A stretch of DNA of 64,000 nt from Felis catus (taxonomy: Eukaryota): contig NC_058368.1 in the NCBI RefSeq assembly GCF_018350175.1, positions 108,750,001-108,814,000 on the forward strand, written 5' to 3'. The notes below the pieces were generated by a model that saw nothing but the letters and a program-made list of their open reading frames with translations, was not told where the DNA came from and did no database searches. Below are positions 38,512-51,681 of this stretch, piece by piece. The translations under genes and the position numbers were made by a program. Position 1 is the first letter of the stretch. Each line of letters begins with the position of its first letter.

Positions 38512-40139
38512 AATAAATCATCTTTCTACACTCAACATTCAGGGGCATGGGGAGTGACAGGCCTTGAGGAGCCATGCCTTGAACACCAGTCCACAGAGAA
38601 ACTCTGAAAAAGTTGAGGAATAGGGGAGTGAAATGGCGAGATTTAAATTTTGGAAAGATTCCATCAGGTTTCTGGGCAGAGTAATTGCCAGGGCATGACT
38701 GGAAGACAGGACTCTAGGGAAGAGGCTGTAGCAGACATCAGGAGAGAGGTCATAGGAAAGGGGGCAAGGGGCAAAGCTAAGAAGAGTTTCCCCTATAGGA
38801 CCGAGGGTGAGCTTGGAGACGGAAGTGATATGAGTGGGCGATGTGGAGGTGAGGGGCATGTGGAAGTGAGGATGACCATCTGGCTTGGGTGTCTGGGTGG
38901 ATGTAGGTGCCAGTCAGCCACTGGGAAGAGAAGGCTCAGCTAGAGGAAGAAGAGCCATTTTATAGTGAAATAAACTTCAGGTCCTTGTGGAGCATCTAAG
39001 GGGAGAGGTCGGCCTAGAGGGGGTAAAGGTAGCCATCCTGGTCTGAGTAATATAATAGAGTTCCAAGACTAAACCCAAAGAAGGCTGTTTGGGGGCAGGC
39101 AAAGGAATAGTTATAAAGGCAGAAGAAGTTGTCCGGGGGATAACCAGGAAGGCCTGGCCCTAGGAGGTTAATGACCAGCAATATGCTGGGACAGGCTAAG
39201 AATTCTGAAAACATTCAGTGAGATCACTGGGGCGGGTGCTCCCTAAAACTGAATGCCCATGTGCTTCAACTAGAGCAAGATGCAGTGCCCTCTTCAGGAC
39301 AGTACCTTGGGTATGCGGCTCAAAGTCCACACTGGAGCAAAGAAAAAAGGAGAGATTAGGGTAGGGAGAGAACAGAACTGCCACCCAGACCTCAACCCCC
39401 TCCTTGTCACTTGTGGTCGCTGGGCCCTTGCTCTTCTTATCAACTTTCCTTAAATCCCAAGGAGCCAAGGATAGAAGATTGGATGACAATGACATAAAAG
39501 GAGAATGTTGGGAAATACTAAGCCAGTTGTTTTCCTGGCAAATTCTGTTGCCTCATAAGGCTTCCCTGATTCCTGCAGTTGGAATATGAGGCATACAGGA
39601 CTTACAGGGAGGGATGTTAACTCAGAAACAGAGAAAAGGCTGTTTGGGGAGCTTTCAAAAGCCTAGGCTCTTAAGGGATTCAGGACACAAGAATTGACTG
39701 CAAAATGGCTTAGGGCCAGACCTCTTATCCATCCTGATAAACGTTCCTCAACTGGTAGAATGGGGTGTTTGGGGTAGGGGCAGGCAAGGGGAGAGTAAGG
39801 ATCCCTAGGAAAATAGCAGCCAAAATCCTGTCCCTTCCTTGGGTTTGTCAGAAGGATTTAAGGGATCTCAGTACAGAAGGGTACTTCATTTTCTGGTTTA
39901 ACTAGTGTTTTCCAAACCACTAAAGGAGGAAAAAATCATTAAAACAAACAAACAAACAAACAAACAAACAAATTTTTAAAAAATTAACCAATCCAAAATA
40001 ACCAAGAAAGAAAAGAAATAGAATAGTCAGGAAAAATGAAGTCATTGTATAACATAAAAAGTTTATCCAAAATATAACAGTAATATCACACTCCAGCCAA
40101 AAGATAAAGATTGTCACACTGAATTTGAAAACAAAATGA

Positions 40140-40352
40140 AGGGCACCTGGGTGGCTCAGTAGGTTAAGCATTGGACTTCGCCTCAGGTCATGATCTTGAG
40201 GTTTTTGAGTTGGAACCCTGCATCGGGCTCTGTGCTGAAAGCTCAGAGCCTGGAGCCTGCTTGGGACTCTGTGTCTCCCTCTCTCTCTCTCTGCCCTTCC
40301 CCTGCTCATACTCTGTCTCTCGCTCTGTCTCAAGAATAAATAAACATTTAAA
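40140..40352 (+). mobile_element. Carnivore SINE with TSD AAAACAAAATGA
   Basis: SINE head, tail and direct repeat. Confidence 0.9.
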
Positions 40353-40702
40353 AAATTATAAAAACAAAATGAGAGACACAACTAAAATATGATAGAAGTC
40401 GAAGGTAAAATACTGGAGAAAGATACAACATGCAAGCAATTACCAAAAGAAAATGAAGTAAGACAAAATAGACCTCAAGGCAAACATCTTTTCAGAAACA
40501 AAAGAGTTTTTAATAGTCATTGCCCCTTGACAGCAATGGACTCTTCAATTCAAGAAGATACAATTTAAGTATTACATGCATTATCTCAAAGTACGTAAAG
40601 AAAAACTGGCAAAACTGTAGGAATAATTAGACAAATTCACAATGATGGTGGAGGATTTTCACATACACTCTGTGACTCACCACATAACATATGAAGAATT
40701 TC

Positions 40703-40900
40703 AGGGTGCCTGGGTGGCTCAGTCGGTTAAGCTTCCGACTTCGGTTCAGGTCTTGAGTTGGAGCCCCACATCGGGCTCTGTGCTGACAGCTCAGAGCCTG
40801 GAGGCTGCTTCGGATTCTGTGTTTACCTCTCTCTCTGACCCTCCCCTGCTCATGCTCTGTCTCTGTCTGTCTCTCAAAAATGAATAAAACATTAAAAAGA
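40703..40900 (+). mobile_element. Carnivore SINE (internally deleted)
   Basis: SINE head and tail. Confidence 0.88.
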
Positions 40901-41101
40901 AAATAATTCCAAAAATTCAATAAGAATACAGATTTGAGCAATATAGTGAGAGTTCTGGCCAAGTGGACATTTTGATAAATGTTATTTTGTACAAAATGCT
41001 GCATTCAATAACTAAAGAGTTCAAATTATTTTCACATATACATAGAACATTCATAACAATGGACCATATACTATATTCGAAGGATGACATGATCTAGAGC
41101 T

Positions 41102-41413
41102 ACACTGCCTAATATGGTAGCTGGTAAGCATGTGCTAAGCACTTGAAGTATGGCTAGTCCTAATGAAAATGTGTTATTCATGTAAAATATACACTGCATT
41201 TTGAACACTTACTACAAAAAAATCTAAAATATGGCATAATAATTTTTATATTGATTACATGTTGAAATGATACTATTTTGGACTCATAAGGTTAAAGAAA
41301 ATACTTTATTAAAATTAATTTCCATTTGCTTCTTTTCACTTTTTAAAATGTGGTTACTAGAAAAATTTAAATTATATTTGTGGCTTCCATTATATTTTTA
41401 ATGAACAGGACTG
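41102..41413. mobile_element. hAT-Charlie fossil (MER33/MER3-like)
   Basis: ctgcctaatatggtagc...ttgattacatgttgaaatgata...aaatgtggttactagaaaaatttaaatta signature. Confidence 0.65.
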
Positions 41414-41456
41414 ATAGAGAACATATTCTCTGACTACAATTAAGAAGAAATCAGTA

Positions 41457-41468
41457 ACACACACACAG

Positions 41469-41550
<82 letters not shown>
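41457..41550. repeat. Compound (CA)n(GA)n microsatellite
   Basis: Directly visible. Confidence 0.95.
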
Positions 41551-41555
<5 letters not shown>

Positions 41556-41618
41556 AAAATAAGAAAGAAAAGAAAACTAGAAATCACCAAAAACCTTGGA
41601 CATTAAGAAATACACTTC

Positions 41619-41830
41619 GGGGCACCTGGGTGGCTCAGTCGATTAAGCGTCCGACTTCATCTCAGGTCATGATCTCACAGTCTGTGAGTTTGAGCCTCGC
41701 ATCAGGCTCTGTGCTGACAGCTCAGAGCCTGGAGCCTGCTTCAGATTTCGTGTCTCACTCTCTCTCTGCCCTTACCTTGCTCATGCTCTGTCTCTCTCTG
41801 CCTCAAACATAAATAAAAACATTAAAAAAG
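41619..41830 (+). mobile_element. Carnivore SINE with TSD AAGAAATACACTTC
   Basis: SINE head, tail and direct repeat. Confidence 0.9.
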
Positions 41831-41955
41831 AAAAGAAATACACTTCAAAAACACCCCATATGCGCATGTCAAAGAATGCAAAATAGAAATAAAATATTAG
41901 AACTGAGTAACAAAAAACAGCTTATCAAAATTTGTGATATATTGTAAAGTTTAGA

Positions 41956-42160
41956 GCAGGATTTGGCAAAATCTAGCCCCCAAGCCAAAACCAGCCTACA
42001 GACTGATTTTATAAATAAAGTTTTATTGGAACAGCCATTTCCATTTGTTTCTTGCCTGTTATTGCTTTTGTGCTATAATGGCAGAATCAAGTTGTTCTGG
42101 GAGAAACCTGCCAAGCCAACTATAGTTTGGTCTTTTACAGAAAAAGGTTTTGGTTTAGAG
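41956..42160. mobile_element. hAT-Charlie fossil (MER58-like)
   Basis: caggatttggcaaa...ttttataaataaagttttattggaacagcc...ttttacagaaaaagg signature. Confidence 0.6.
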
Positions 42161-43090
42161 CCTTCATTACATATACTGGAAAAGATTAAAGGGTGAAAAG
42201 TAACAAATTAAGCATGCATCTTAAGAAGCTTGACAAAGAACAGCAAGATAAACCTAACGAAAATGCATGAAAAAAATTATAGAAAGCAAACAGTAATGAA
42301 ACAGAAAATAAGCATACAATATAAAGGATTAAAAAAACTTAAAGTTGGTGTTTTGAAAAGACTAAAACAATTCACAAACTTTTAATGAAATAATAAAGAA
42401 AGTAGAGAGAAAAATTAACAACCAATACCAGGGCCATCACTACTGATGCCACAAATATTAAAAAGATAAGAGCATATTTTGAAAAGCCATATGCTAACAA
42501 AATTTAGAAAAAGTTGACAAATTAATATAAAATATGACCTCAAAATTGATTCAAGGAGAAATAGAAAACAAGAATAATCCTATAACCCACAAAGTAATGG
42601 ATTCAGTAAAACTCCGACCCCAGTGGCTTCAACAGTGAATTCTACAATTCAAGAAAGACATAGTTCCAATCCTACACAAACTCTTGCAGAAAATATAAAA
42701 TAAGGAAACACTGCTGTGTTACCAAACTAGACAGTATAAGAAGACAGCATCACAGTCATTCTCACTAGACTGATCTTATCCTTTATTATCCAAAACAGAA
42801 CACTTTTGAGAGCGAAAGGCAGTGCTATTCATAATGATGCCAGGAAGACAAGTATAAAATGGAGTTATCCCAGACAAATCAGAACTTGTATTTTCTTAAA
42901 TCTCACTGTTAAACAATGATGCGACATCCTAAAAAAAAAAAAGTTAGGATACACAAACTAGCAATATATAAAAATGGTAATAATATATGATGACCATGTT
43001 GGGTTTATCTGGAATATGGATTATTTTATTGTAACATTAGAAAATAAATTAATGTGACTCACCACAGAAACAGATTAAAAAAGAAAATAC

Positions 43091-43285
43091 AGGGACACCT
43101 GGGTGGCTCAGTAAGTTAAGTGTCCAACTTTCAATTTCAGTTCAGGTTATGATCTCATGGTTAATGAGTTCAAGGCCCACATGGTGCTCATCGTTGACAG
43201 CACAGAGACTGCTAAGGATTTTCTCTCTCTCTCTCTCCCTCTCTCTTTTTCTCACTCAAAATAAATAAATAAACACTAAAAAAAA
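43091..43285 (+). mobile_element. Carnivore SINE
   Basis: SINE head and tail. Confidence 0.88.
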
Positions 43286-43764
43286 TACATATGATCATCT
43301 CAAAATATGTGGAAAAAAATTTGATAAAATCTTTTTCCATTCATGATAAAAGCTCTCAGCAAATCCAGGAATACAAGGGAACTTCCTTAATTTGATAAAG
43401 ATATCTTCTGTATACTTAGAGGAAACAACACACTCAAATGGTAAAATGATGTAATCTTTCCCTTTGAGATCTGTAACAAGACAATGGTGCCTATCACTAC
43501 TTCTATTCAATATTGTACAGAATGTCCTAACCTACATAGTAAAGAAGAAAACATACATATAAAAATAAGAAAAGTAGCAGCAAAATGTCTCTATTCACAC
43601 ATGTTAAACTTTATATATAAAATCCAAAAAGATCTGTAAATTAAGTTTTAATATTGATAAGAGAGTTTACAAATTTGCTAGGTACAAAATCAATCTATAA
43701 AAATAGATTATATTTCTCTACACAAGAAAAAGACATTTATTAATATAAATTTATAAAAATATAT

Positions 43765-43965
43765 TATTTTTTATTTTTATAAATGTTTTTATTTATTTTT
43801 GAGAGAGAGCACAAGTGGGGAAAGGGCAGGAGGGGGGGGTAAAGGATCTGAAGTGGGCTCTGCATTGACAGTGGCCAGCCAGATGTGGGGCTTGAACTCA
43901 TGAACCATGAGATCATAACCTGATACAAAGTCAGCTGCTCAATTGACTGAGCCACCCAGGTGCCC
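43765..43965 (-). mobile_element. Carnivore SINE
   Basis: Reverse SINE head and tail. Confidence 0.88.
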
Positions 43966-44266
43966 CTAAAAGATTATTTTTAATATTACACCAAAATACC
44001 AAATTCCTAGGACTAAGTTTAACAAAAGATATGTAAGTTTTCTACTGAGAATTTTTTTTAACTTTATTGGGAGACATTGAAGAAATAAAAAATAGATATA
44101 CTATATTCATGGATTGTAAGTCTCTATATTTTAAGGATGCCATTTTACTTAAGTTGATATATAGAATCAATGTAATCCCAAAGTCCCAGAAGTTTTGGTT
44201 GTGTGGTGGGGATGGGGGAAAAGTCGACAAGCCAATTTAAAATTGATGTGGATAAAGAATAGCCAA

Positions 44267-44488
44267 GGGGCGCCTGGGTGGCGCAGTCGGTTAAGCGTCC
44301 AACTTCAGCCAGGTCACGATCTCGCGGTCAGGGAGTTCGAGCCCCGCGTCGGGCTCTAGGCTGATGGCTCAGAGCCTGGAGCCTGTTTGCGATTCTGCGT
44401 CTCCCTCTCTCTCTGCCCCTCTCCCGTTCATGCTCTGTCTCTCTCTGTCCCAAAAATAAATAAACGTTGAAAAAAAAATTAAAAAAAA
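44267..44488 (+). mobile_element. Young felid SINE (SINEC_Fc-like) with perfect TSD AAAGAATAGCCAAG
   Basis: CpG-rich ggggcgcctgggtggcgcagtcggttaagcgtcc...ccaggtcacgatctcgcggtc. TSD at 44254-44267 and 44489-44502. Confidence 0.93.
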
Positions 44489-44944
44489 AAAGAATAGCCA
44501 AGATACTCTTAAGGAAGGGAGAAGGGGGAGGACTTGCTCTACCAGAGACCAAGATGTATTATAAAGTTATCATATTTTCAACAGTGTGATATTGGTTCAA
44601 GGGGAGACAAATAGACCAATGGAATAGCACAGAGTTCCCAGAAAGAGACCCACATCCATATATATATGTGAACCCTGGAAATATGATAGAGATAGTGACG
44701 CAAATCAACAGGAAAGAGCAGTCTTCTCAAAAAAATGGTGCTGGGGCAAATGAATATTAATATGTAAATAATTAAATCAGAGCCTACCTCATGCATTCTA
44801 GGTCAATTAAAGACATCAATGTGGAAAGCAAAACTATAAAGTTCTTAGATAGTATACAAGAAAATCTCACAGCCATTAGGTAGGGAAGGAAGGAAATCCT
44901 GAAGAAGATACAAAAAGCACTACCTATACAGAAAAGTTTTAACT

Positions 44945-45408
44945 GTGTATGGTCCCAATTTGCAATAGTTTGACTCAGGATTTCTCCATCTTATAATGGT
45001 GGGAAAGTGATACATATTCAGCAGAAGCCATACTACGAATTTTGAATTTTTATCTTTTCCTGGGATAGCTATGTGCAGTAGGATACTCTCTTGATGCTGG
45101 GGAGTGGCAGCTCCCATTCAGCTACCCCATCACAAGGGTAAACAATCAATATACATATTGCCACTTTCAGTACAGTATTCAATAAATTACATGAGATATT
45201 CAACACTTTATTATAAAGTAGGCTTTGTGTTAGATGATTTTGCCTAACTGTAGGCTACTATAAGTGATTGGAGCACATTTAAGGTAGGTTCGGCTACCCC
45301 ACGAAGTTCAGTGGATTGGGTGTACGAAATGCATTTTCAACTTACGATATTTTCAACTTCTTATGGATTTATCAGGACATAACTCTGTTGTAGGCTGAGG
45401 AAGATGTG
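44945..45408. mobile_element. Tigger-family non-autonomous DNA transposon (MER47/Tigger5-like)
   Basis: cagtacagtattcaataaattacatgagatattcaacactttattataaagtaggctttgtgttagatgattttgcc...aatgcattttcaacttacgatattttcaactt signature. Confidence 0.7.
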
Positions 45409-45737
45409 TACATTAAAATGAAGAACTTTGTTTCTTCAAAAGATACCATGGGATGACGAGAGAAGAAACAGAATGAGAGAAGATATTTGCAACATGTATA
45501 ATCCACAGAGCATTAGTATCCAGACAATTTAAAGAAATCCTGCAAATAAGAAAAGTGCAGTAAATCCCAGAAAAAAAAAATGGGCAAAAGGTTGAATAGG
45601 CATTTCATAATATAAGGAATCCAAAAGGTCAGTAAACATATGAAAAGTTTCTCACCCTCATAGTAATCAGGACAAAGAAAATTTAAATCAGATGTCTATC
45701 AGATTTGTATAAATTTTAAAAGTCTGACAATTTCATG

Positions 45738-45930
45738 AAGCACCTGGTGGCTCAGTCAGTTAAGCATCCAACTCTTGATTTTGGCTCAGATCACGATCTC
45801 ATGGTTGATGAGTTCAAGCCCCACATTGGGCTCTGCGCTGGCACCACAGAGCCTGCTTGGGATTCTCTCTTCATTTCTCTGCCCCTCCCACCTCATGCTG
45901 TTTCTCACTCTCTTTCTCAAAATAAAAAAA
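45738..45930 (+). mobile_element. Carnivore SINE with TSD AAAAGTCTGACAA
   Basis: SINE head, tail and direct repeat. Confidence 0.88.
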
Positions 45931-46195
45931 AATAATAATAAAAAGTCTGACAAGTTCAGACAATATCGCATGTTGGCAAGGATGTGGAGTAGCAGGAATT
46001 CTCAAATACTGTTGGTGGGAATGTAAATTGTCTGGCATTGTGAAATCATTTGTTTTTCATTATCTAGTGAAGCTAAATATATTCCAAGACCCAGAAATTA
46101 CACTCCTAGGTTTGAGTATATACACATGTAACTACAAACTTCAGCTTAAAATTACATAGATTTATTATTTGACAGTTCTAAAGGTGAGAAGTCTT

Positions 46196-46424
46196 TTTTT
46201 TTTTTTTAAATTTTTTTTTTTTTCAACGTTTATTTATTTTTGGGACAGAGAGAGACAGAGCATGAACGGGGGAGGGGTAGAGAGAGGGAGACACAGAATC
46301 GCAAACAGGCTCCAGGCTCTGAGCCATCAGCCCAGAGCCCGACGCGGGGCTCGAACTCACGGACCGCGAGATCGTGACCTGGCTGAAGTCGGACGCTTAA
46401 CCGACTGCGCCACCCAGGCGCCCC
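46196..46424 (-). mobile_element. Young felid SINE (SINEC_Fc-like) with perfect TSD TAAAGGTGAGAAGTCTT, inserted in an MLT1-like LTR (about 46110-46800)
   Basis: CpG-rich, near-identical to the 44267 copy. TSD at 46179-46195 and 46425-46441. Confidence 0.93.
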
Positions 46425-47961
46425 TAAAGGTGAGAAGTCTTAAAAGGTAGGGCTGCATTCCTTCTGGAAGAATCTGTTTCTGTGACTTTTCCAGCTTCCA
46501 GAATTCAGCCTCCTGAATTCCTTGCCCATGGCTTCTTTCCCCATCGTCAGGCCGTCAGTGTAGCCTTCCTTTTCAAAACCCTCCCTCTTTCTCTGACCTC
46601 TGCTTCCATTGTTCCATCTCCTTCTCAGGATCTGATGCTCCTGAATCCCTCTTATAACCCTTGTGGTTAATCCAGAATAACCTTCCCATTTCAAATTCCA
46701 TAATTTAATCATCTCAACAAGAGTAAGGTAACAAATTCACAGGTTCCAGATATTAAGAGACGGACATCTTGGTCATGGGGGTGATTGGGGTTCATCTACT
46801 CTGTCTAATAAATATATGAACATGTGCACCAAGATAATTAATATTCACAGCATATTTTTTTTTGCAATGAAAACTGGAAACAACTAGGCTCCATTCACTT
46901 AATGTTTAGAAGCAGGCAAAGCTAAATGATATTGTTTATGAACACATATGAAGGTGACAAAGCTTAAAGAAAACCAAGAAATTGATCATCATAAGCCAGG
47001 CTAATCAGTTATCCCCAAGGGGGAGGAGGCCATGATCAGAAGGCAAATGTGGGGAGAATTCTGGAGTTTGGGCATTGTTCCTTCATTTGATGAGCACTGG
47101 TGATATGGGTGATAGCTTCATAATTATTTGTTAAACTTCGCATGCACATTTTATACCCTTTTCTGTATGTGTGCTCTATATTCCATTTTTAAATGTAAAA
47201 AATACAATAGAAAATGAAATTTGTTGCACTTTGAATACGGGAAAACCCAACAGAGCTAGAAAAATTTTTAGAGTGAAGAGGGTTTGGCAAGATGGCAGAA
47301 CCATGGCCTTTTCTGCCGGCCTCTCTTCCTCTCACCCTGAGGGTACTCTCTGAGAGATCTAAATTTTCTTAGCTGACATTCCAAATGTCAAATATAAAGA
47401 GTACAAATTTGCAAGGGGAACCTGGGGTTGGCCCAGATACTGCTGTGAGCAATGGGTTGCCAGCCGCTAGAGCCATCTTCATGTGGTGCTTCTACCTCCT
47501 TGCTACCCTGATTGCCTGGTGTCTGAGTCCAGAATGTTTATTCCTCCAGAACTCCCAGACCAGTCCCCTATTTCCCACCCAGGTCTCCCAGGGCACAGGG
47601 AGGAAGCTGATATGGCCTCCCTATGGAAACCTCTGGGCCTGGCCCACACGTTCTCATAAACAGAGAAAGGAAGGTAGGTGTAGCCTGGCCATACAGAAGG
47701 GTAAGAACTGTCCTTTGGGGAGGTGAGGAGGCTCAGAGAGCTATACAGTGGAGTGATAAGGAACTGAGTCTCAAAATGAAGAGGCATTCACCAAGCTGGG
47801 AAGGGGCCAAGGACGCCCAGGCTGAGGAAGGACCAGGGATCAGGGTGGAGAGAACCCTGGGATTGACACTCAGAGGACCCTGTCATTCACTGCACTGACA
47901 CATCTGGGTGATGGGAGACTCAGACAGACTCTCAGTCTCTGCTGAAAAAAAAATTATAAGC

Positions 47962-48174
47962 TTTTTTTTTAATTGACTAATTTATTTATTTTGAGAGAGA
48001 GAGTGTGTGAGCACAGAAGGGGGACAGAGAGAGAGGGAGAAAGAGAATCCCAGGTAGGCTTGGGGCTGTCAGCCCAGAGCCCAAAGTGGGGCTTGATGTC
48101 ACAAACCATGAGATCATGACCTGACCCAAAATCAAGAGTGGGATGCTAAACCAACTGAGCTACCCAGGTGCCGC
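47962..48174 (-). mobile_element. Carnivore SINE
   Basis: Reverse SINE head and tail. Confidence 0.88.
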
Positions 48175-48184
48175 CTGAGTAAAC

Positions 48185-48890
48185 ATTTTTTTTTATTGTA
48201 GTAAAATATACATGATATAAAATTTATCATTTTAACCATTTTTAATTGTATACTTCAGTAACATTCAGTATATTCATATTGTGCAACCATCACCACCATC
48301 TGTATCCAGAACTTTCTCATCTTCCCAAAATAAAGCTCTATACCCGTTAAACAATGACTCCCCTTTCTCCCCTACCTGCAGCTCCTGGCAACTATCCTTA
48401 TGTTTCCTGTCTCTATAAACTTGATTACTAGAAGAAGTATCTCATATAAGTGGAGTGCAATATTTATTTATTTTTTGTCTCTGGCTTTCTGCACTTAGCA
48501 CAATGTCTTCAAGTTTAATCCATATGGCAGCACATGTATCAGAATTTCCTTCTTTTTTAAAGTTTGTTTGTTTGTTTGTTTGTTTACTTGAGAGAGAGAG
48601 ACAGAGAGAGCATGAGCAAGGGAGGGGCAGAGAGAGAGGAAGAGAGAGGATCCCAAGCAGGCTCTGCACTGTCAGTGCAGAGCCCAACACGGGGCCTGAA
48701 CCCACAAACCGTGAGACCATGACCCAAGCTGAAATCAAGAGTCAGAAGTTTAACTGACTGAGCCACCCAGGCACCCCTGAATTTCTTTCTTTTTTAAGGC
48801 TGAATAACATTCCATTGTATATATAGGCTATATTTTATCCATTCAGCTATTGTTGGACACGGGTTGTTTTGGCTGTTGTAAATAATGCTG
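48185..48890 (-). mobile_element. L1 3' end (L1MB-like), reverse orientation, interrupted by a SINE at 48551-48777
   Basis: ttttaaccatttttaattgtatac...tgtgcaaccatcaccaccatc...ggctgaataacattccattgtatata signature. Confidence 0.8.
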
Positions 48891-48892
48891 CT

Positions 48893-49230
48893 CCTATAGA
48901 CTGAATGTTTTTGTCTCTCCAAAATTTATATGTTGAAATACGACCCCCAGTGTGTTGGTATCTGAAGGTAGGGCTGTTGGGAAGAAATGGTTATGAGGGT
49001 GCAGACCTCACGAATGGAATTAGTGCCCTTACAGAAGAGACACCAGAGAGCTCTCTTGCCTCTCCTTCCAAGTGAGGTTATAGTGAAAAGAGCCTCTATT
49101 GTGACACTGACCGGTCAGCATCTTGATCTTGGACTTCCCAGCCTCTGGAACTGTGAGAAATAAATTTCTGTGCTTCATTAGCCACCCAGCCCATGACATT
49201 TTGTTATAGCAGCCTGTATGGACAAAGACA
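48893..49230 (+). mobile_element. MLT1A-like solo LTR
   Basis: ctatagactgaatgtt...aaatttatatgttgaaa...atggaattagtgcccttacagaagagac...ttggacttcccagcctctggaactgtgagaaataaatttctg. Confidence 0.8.
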
Positions 49231-51681
49231 GCTATATGAACACTGGTGTACAAATACAGACTAGATGTCTCAAAGTCAGAAACTAAGGCAATTTCAGTTA
49301 AGAAAATGATCATTAGAGAGGCCAGTATGATTAACCTACTAAGACCAGAGAGACCCATGGCTCCAATTCCACTTCTAACATGCTGTCTGTGACCTTGTGG
49401 CACTATTGGCATGGACATCTGGGCAGAAATGCAGTGTGGCATTCCACGTCATGGGCCTCCTCAACTCACCCCAGCCTCATGGAGTACTACGTTCAGTGGA
49501 ATGATAAGACTGCGACTCAGTAGTTAAATCTGAAAAAGTTCTTCATAGTTGAAAGAGTCTCTTGGAAACCTAGGGGACCCAATACACAAGAAGATGTTTG
49601 GGAAACGCTAGTGTGCAACAGTCAGGCAAATGTTTCAACCTAAACCCCTGCAAATTAGAGATAAGATATATAAGAAGCCAAATACAGGGTCCTGTGTGTG
49701 GAGGGAGGAAGAGTGAAGGAGCTACAGGAGCCGCCATTCGGGCACAGCACAGAGAGGATAACACTTCCAGAGCTAAGGAGCTTAAGCTCCCAAAATAAGG
49801 GCCCAGAGGACATTAGGCATAAGTCAGAGAGAGGCAGAGAGGAAGGAGAACATGGATGCAAGTTGTCCTCTGGTCTCAGGGATCTACAGAAGAAGCAAGT
49901 CAGGGCTTTTGAACTGGGAGGAAGATGCATGGGAGCAACTGGCTGGATGAAGGGTGCAGAGGGAGCTTCCCAGGGTGCCACAGGGCTCAGGGTGCTCTGT
50001 AACTTCCAGTGGAGTCTGGAACACACAAAGCGCCACTTTTACCTTTTTCAATCACTGCCTTGAACTGTGTCCCTTCCTACCATTCGTTCCTGACGCTGGT
50101 CAACTTCTTGGGCAGATTCCCAACTCCTGAGTCACCTGCATCGTAAAAGAAAATCGGGTGCAGCTTAAAGCCCATGTGACAGCCATTTGTTCCCCTCCCC
50201 CTGGCTGCTTGGTTCTGTCACAGAGAGCTGCTGGGGTTGTGGGAGGCGGGGGTGAAGGCAGGGCCCCTGTCTTCCTCTTCTCCCCTCCCTCTTCAGGACC
50301 CTTTCCGCCTTGGGCTATTGGGGGTGGGGAGAATGGAAAGAGACCCCATCTCGTACATGGCAGGCACTGTTGTCATTCTCTTACCTGTTGTTGCTTTTCA
50401 GACTGCACTTGGCCTGGCTATGAGGCTCTCTGTGACAGGAAGGTCCCATGGGTATGTGTCTGTATCCTTCAGGGTTCTGTGAAGGAACAGACAGGAACCT
50501 CCTGACTTCATAGTTTCCCATCAAAGGAAAACCCCTTCATTCTATCCCTTCTGAGCCCCTGCTCCAGTCCTTGTGGTCATCCTACCATCTCCGCCTGGGT
50601 TCCCCTGCTTGGCAGGTAGCCTTCTTCTTTGGGGGTATAAGCCTTTCTAACTTCTGGGTGTTCACTTAGGCCTCAGAAAACCATATATCCTTTCTCCACC
50701 ACACTGTGGGAGGCCAGAAGGCTCTAGGGTACTCTGTCCCACTGGTTATCTTCTTGGCTCAGAGAGGCATAGGGTTGGATGCTGGTTGTCTTTTCTAGGA
50801 CAATAGGTAAAATCCTACTCAGCATCCTGTTAAACTGACCTTTTGTCTTGAGGGTGTGCTTTCAAACAAGCAAATGTCCTCTAGCTAACAGCTAACTAGG
50901 AAGAAGACAACGTTGCATTTGCTTAGTGTCCAGCCATTAAAGTTGTTTTTAACTGAGTTTGGTAAGAGGGTTTTAGAATAGAAAATGGGAGCACGTTTCA
51001 TATCATGTGGGCTCTCCTGTCCTCATCTAGATGTGGCCCCCAGGAGGGAGGACAGGAGGAGTTGAGAGAGGACCGAAGGCTTAAATAGGGGTGGGGGGCT
51101 TAGGGAGGCCAGTATCTAAAACTAACAAGGACTACTTGTGCCCTGTACTAAAAGGAGCACTATGGATCCCCAGTGGGAATTTCCTTAGGAAGAAAACCAG
51201 GCTGTGTTTGTCATGGGGCCTGGGCCACGTGGGCAAACCATAAGTCACCGAAGGGACATTCACAGGAGGTGTGGGCAGAGAGGTGTCCAGTCACTCTGGC
51301 AGGTGTGGCAAATAGGGTGGGAGATGCCTGGCCTGGGAGCTTTGGCAGGAATTCTGGCAACCAGGCCTGGGTCCGGATGCAGGGTGTACATGGGAACGAT
51401 GGGAAATGGGCAGAGCAGAGAGGTCCTGGGATGCAGATGTGGGCAGATCATGGGGCGTGTGTGTGGTGGTGCCCAAGCTAGGGAGGAGAAGATCTGGATG
51501 GGCCCATGAAGTGTGTGGTACAGGGAGTACCAGGGAAACAAAGACAGAATCCCGAGAGGAATCAAAACCACGGCATTAAAGAAATTAACTGTGGAGTGAG
51601 GAAATTGCAACCCAGACCCAAGTCAGACAGAGAAACCCTCAAGAAATGCAACATTGGGCACAAAGTGGCTCTTTATAAAGG

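Larger units (their letters stand above)
39950..47170 (+). mobile_element. Long decayed LINE-1 (L1M-type ORF2 and 3' end) fragmented by SINEs, DNA transposon fossils and an MLT1 LTR
   Basis: A-rich L1 ORF2 phrases in collinear order (cattcatgataaaagctctcagcaaa...ggaacttccttaatttgataaag; gacaaatagaccaatggaatagcacagag; tgttggcaaggatgtggag). No intact ORF. Confidence 0.8.

Noticed and set aside
38033..38575. 180-aa ORF and many similar WVAQSVK.../LSLSLSQK ORFs across the window
   Set aside because: Translations of carnivore SINEs.
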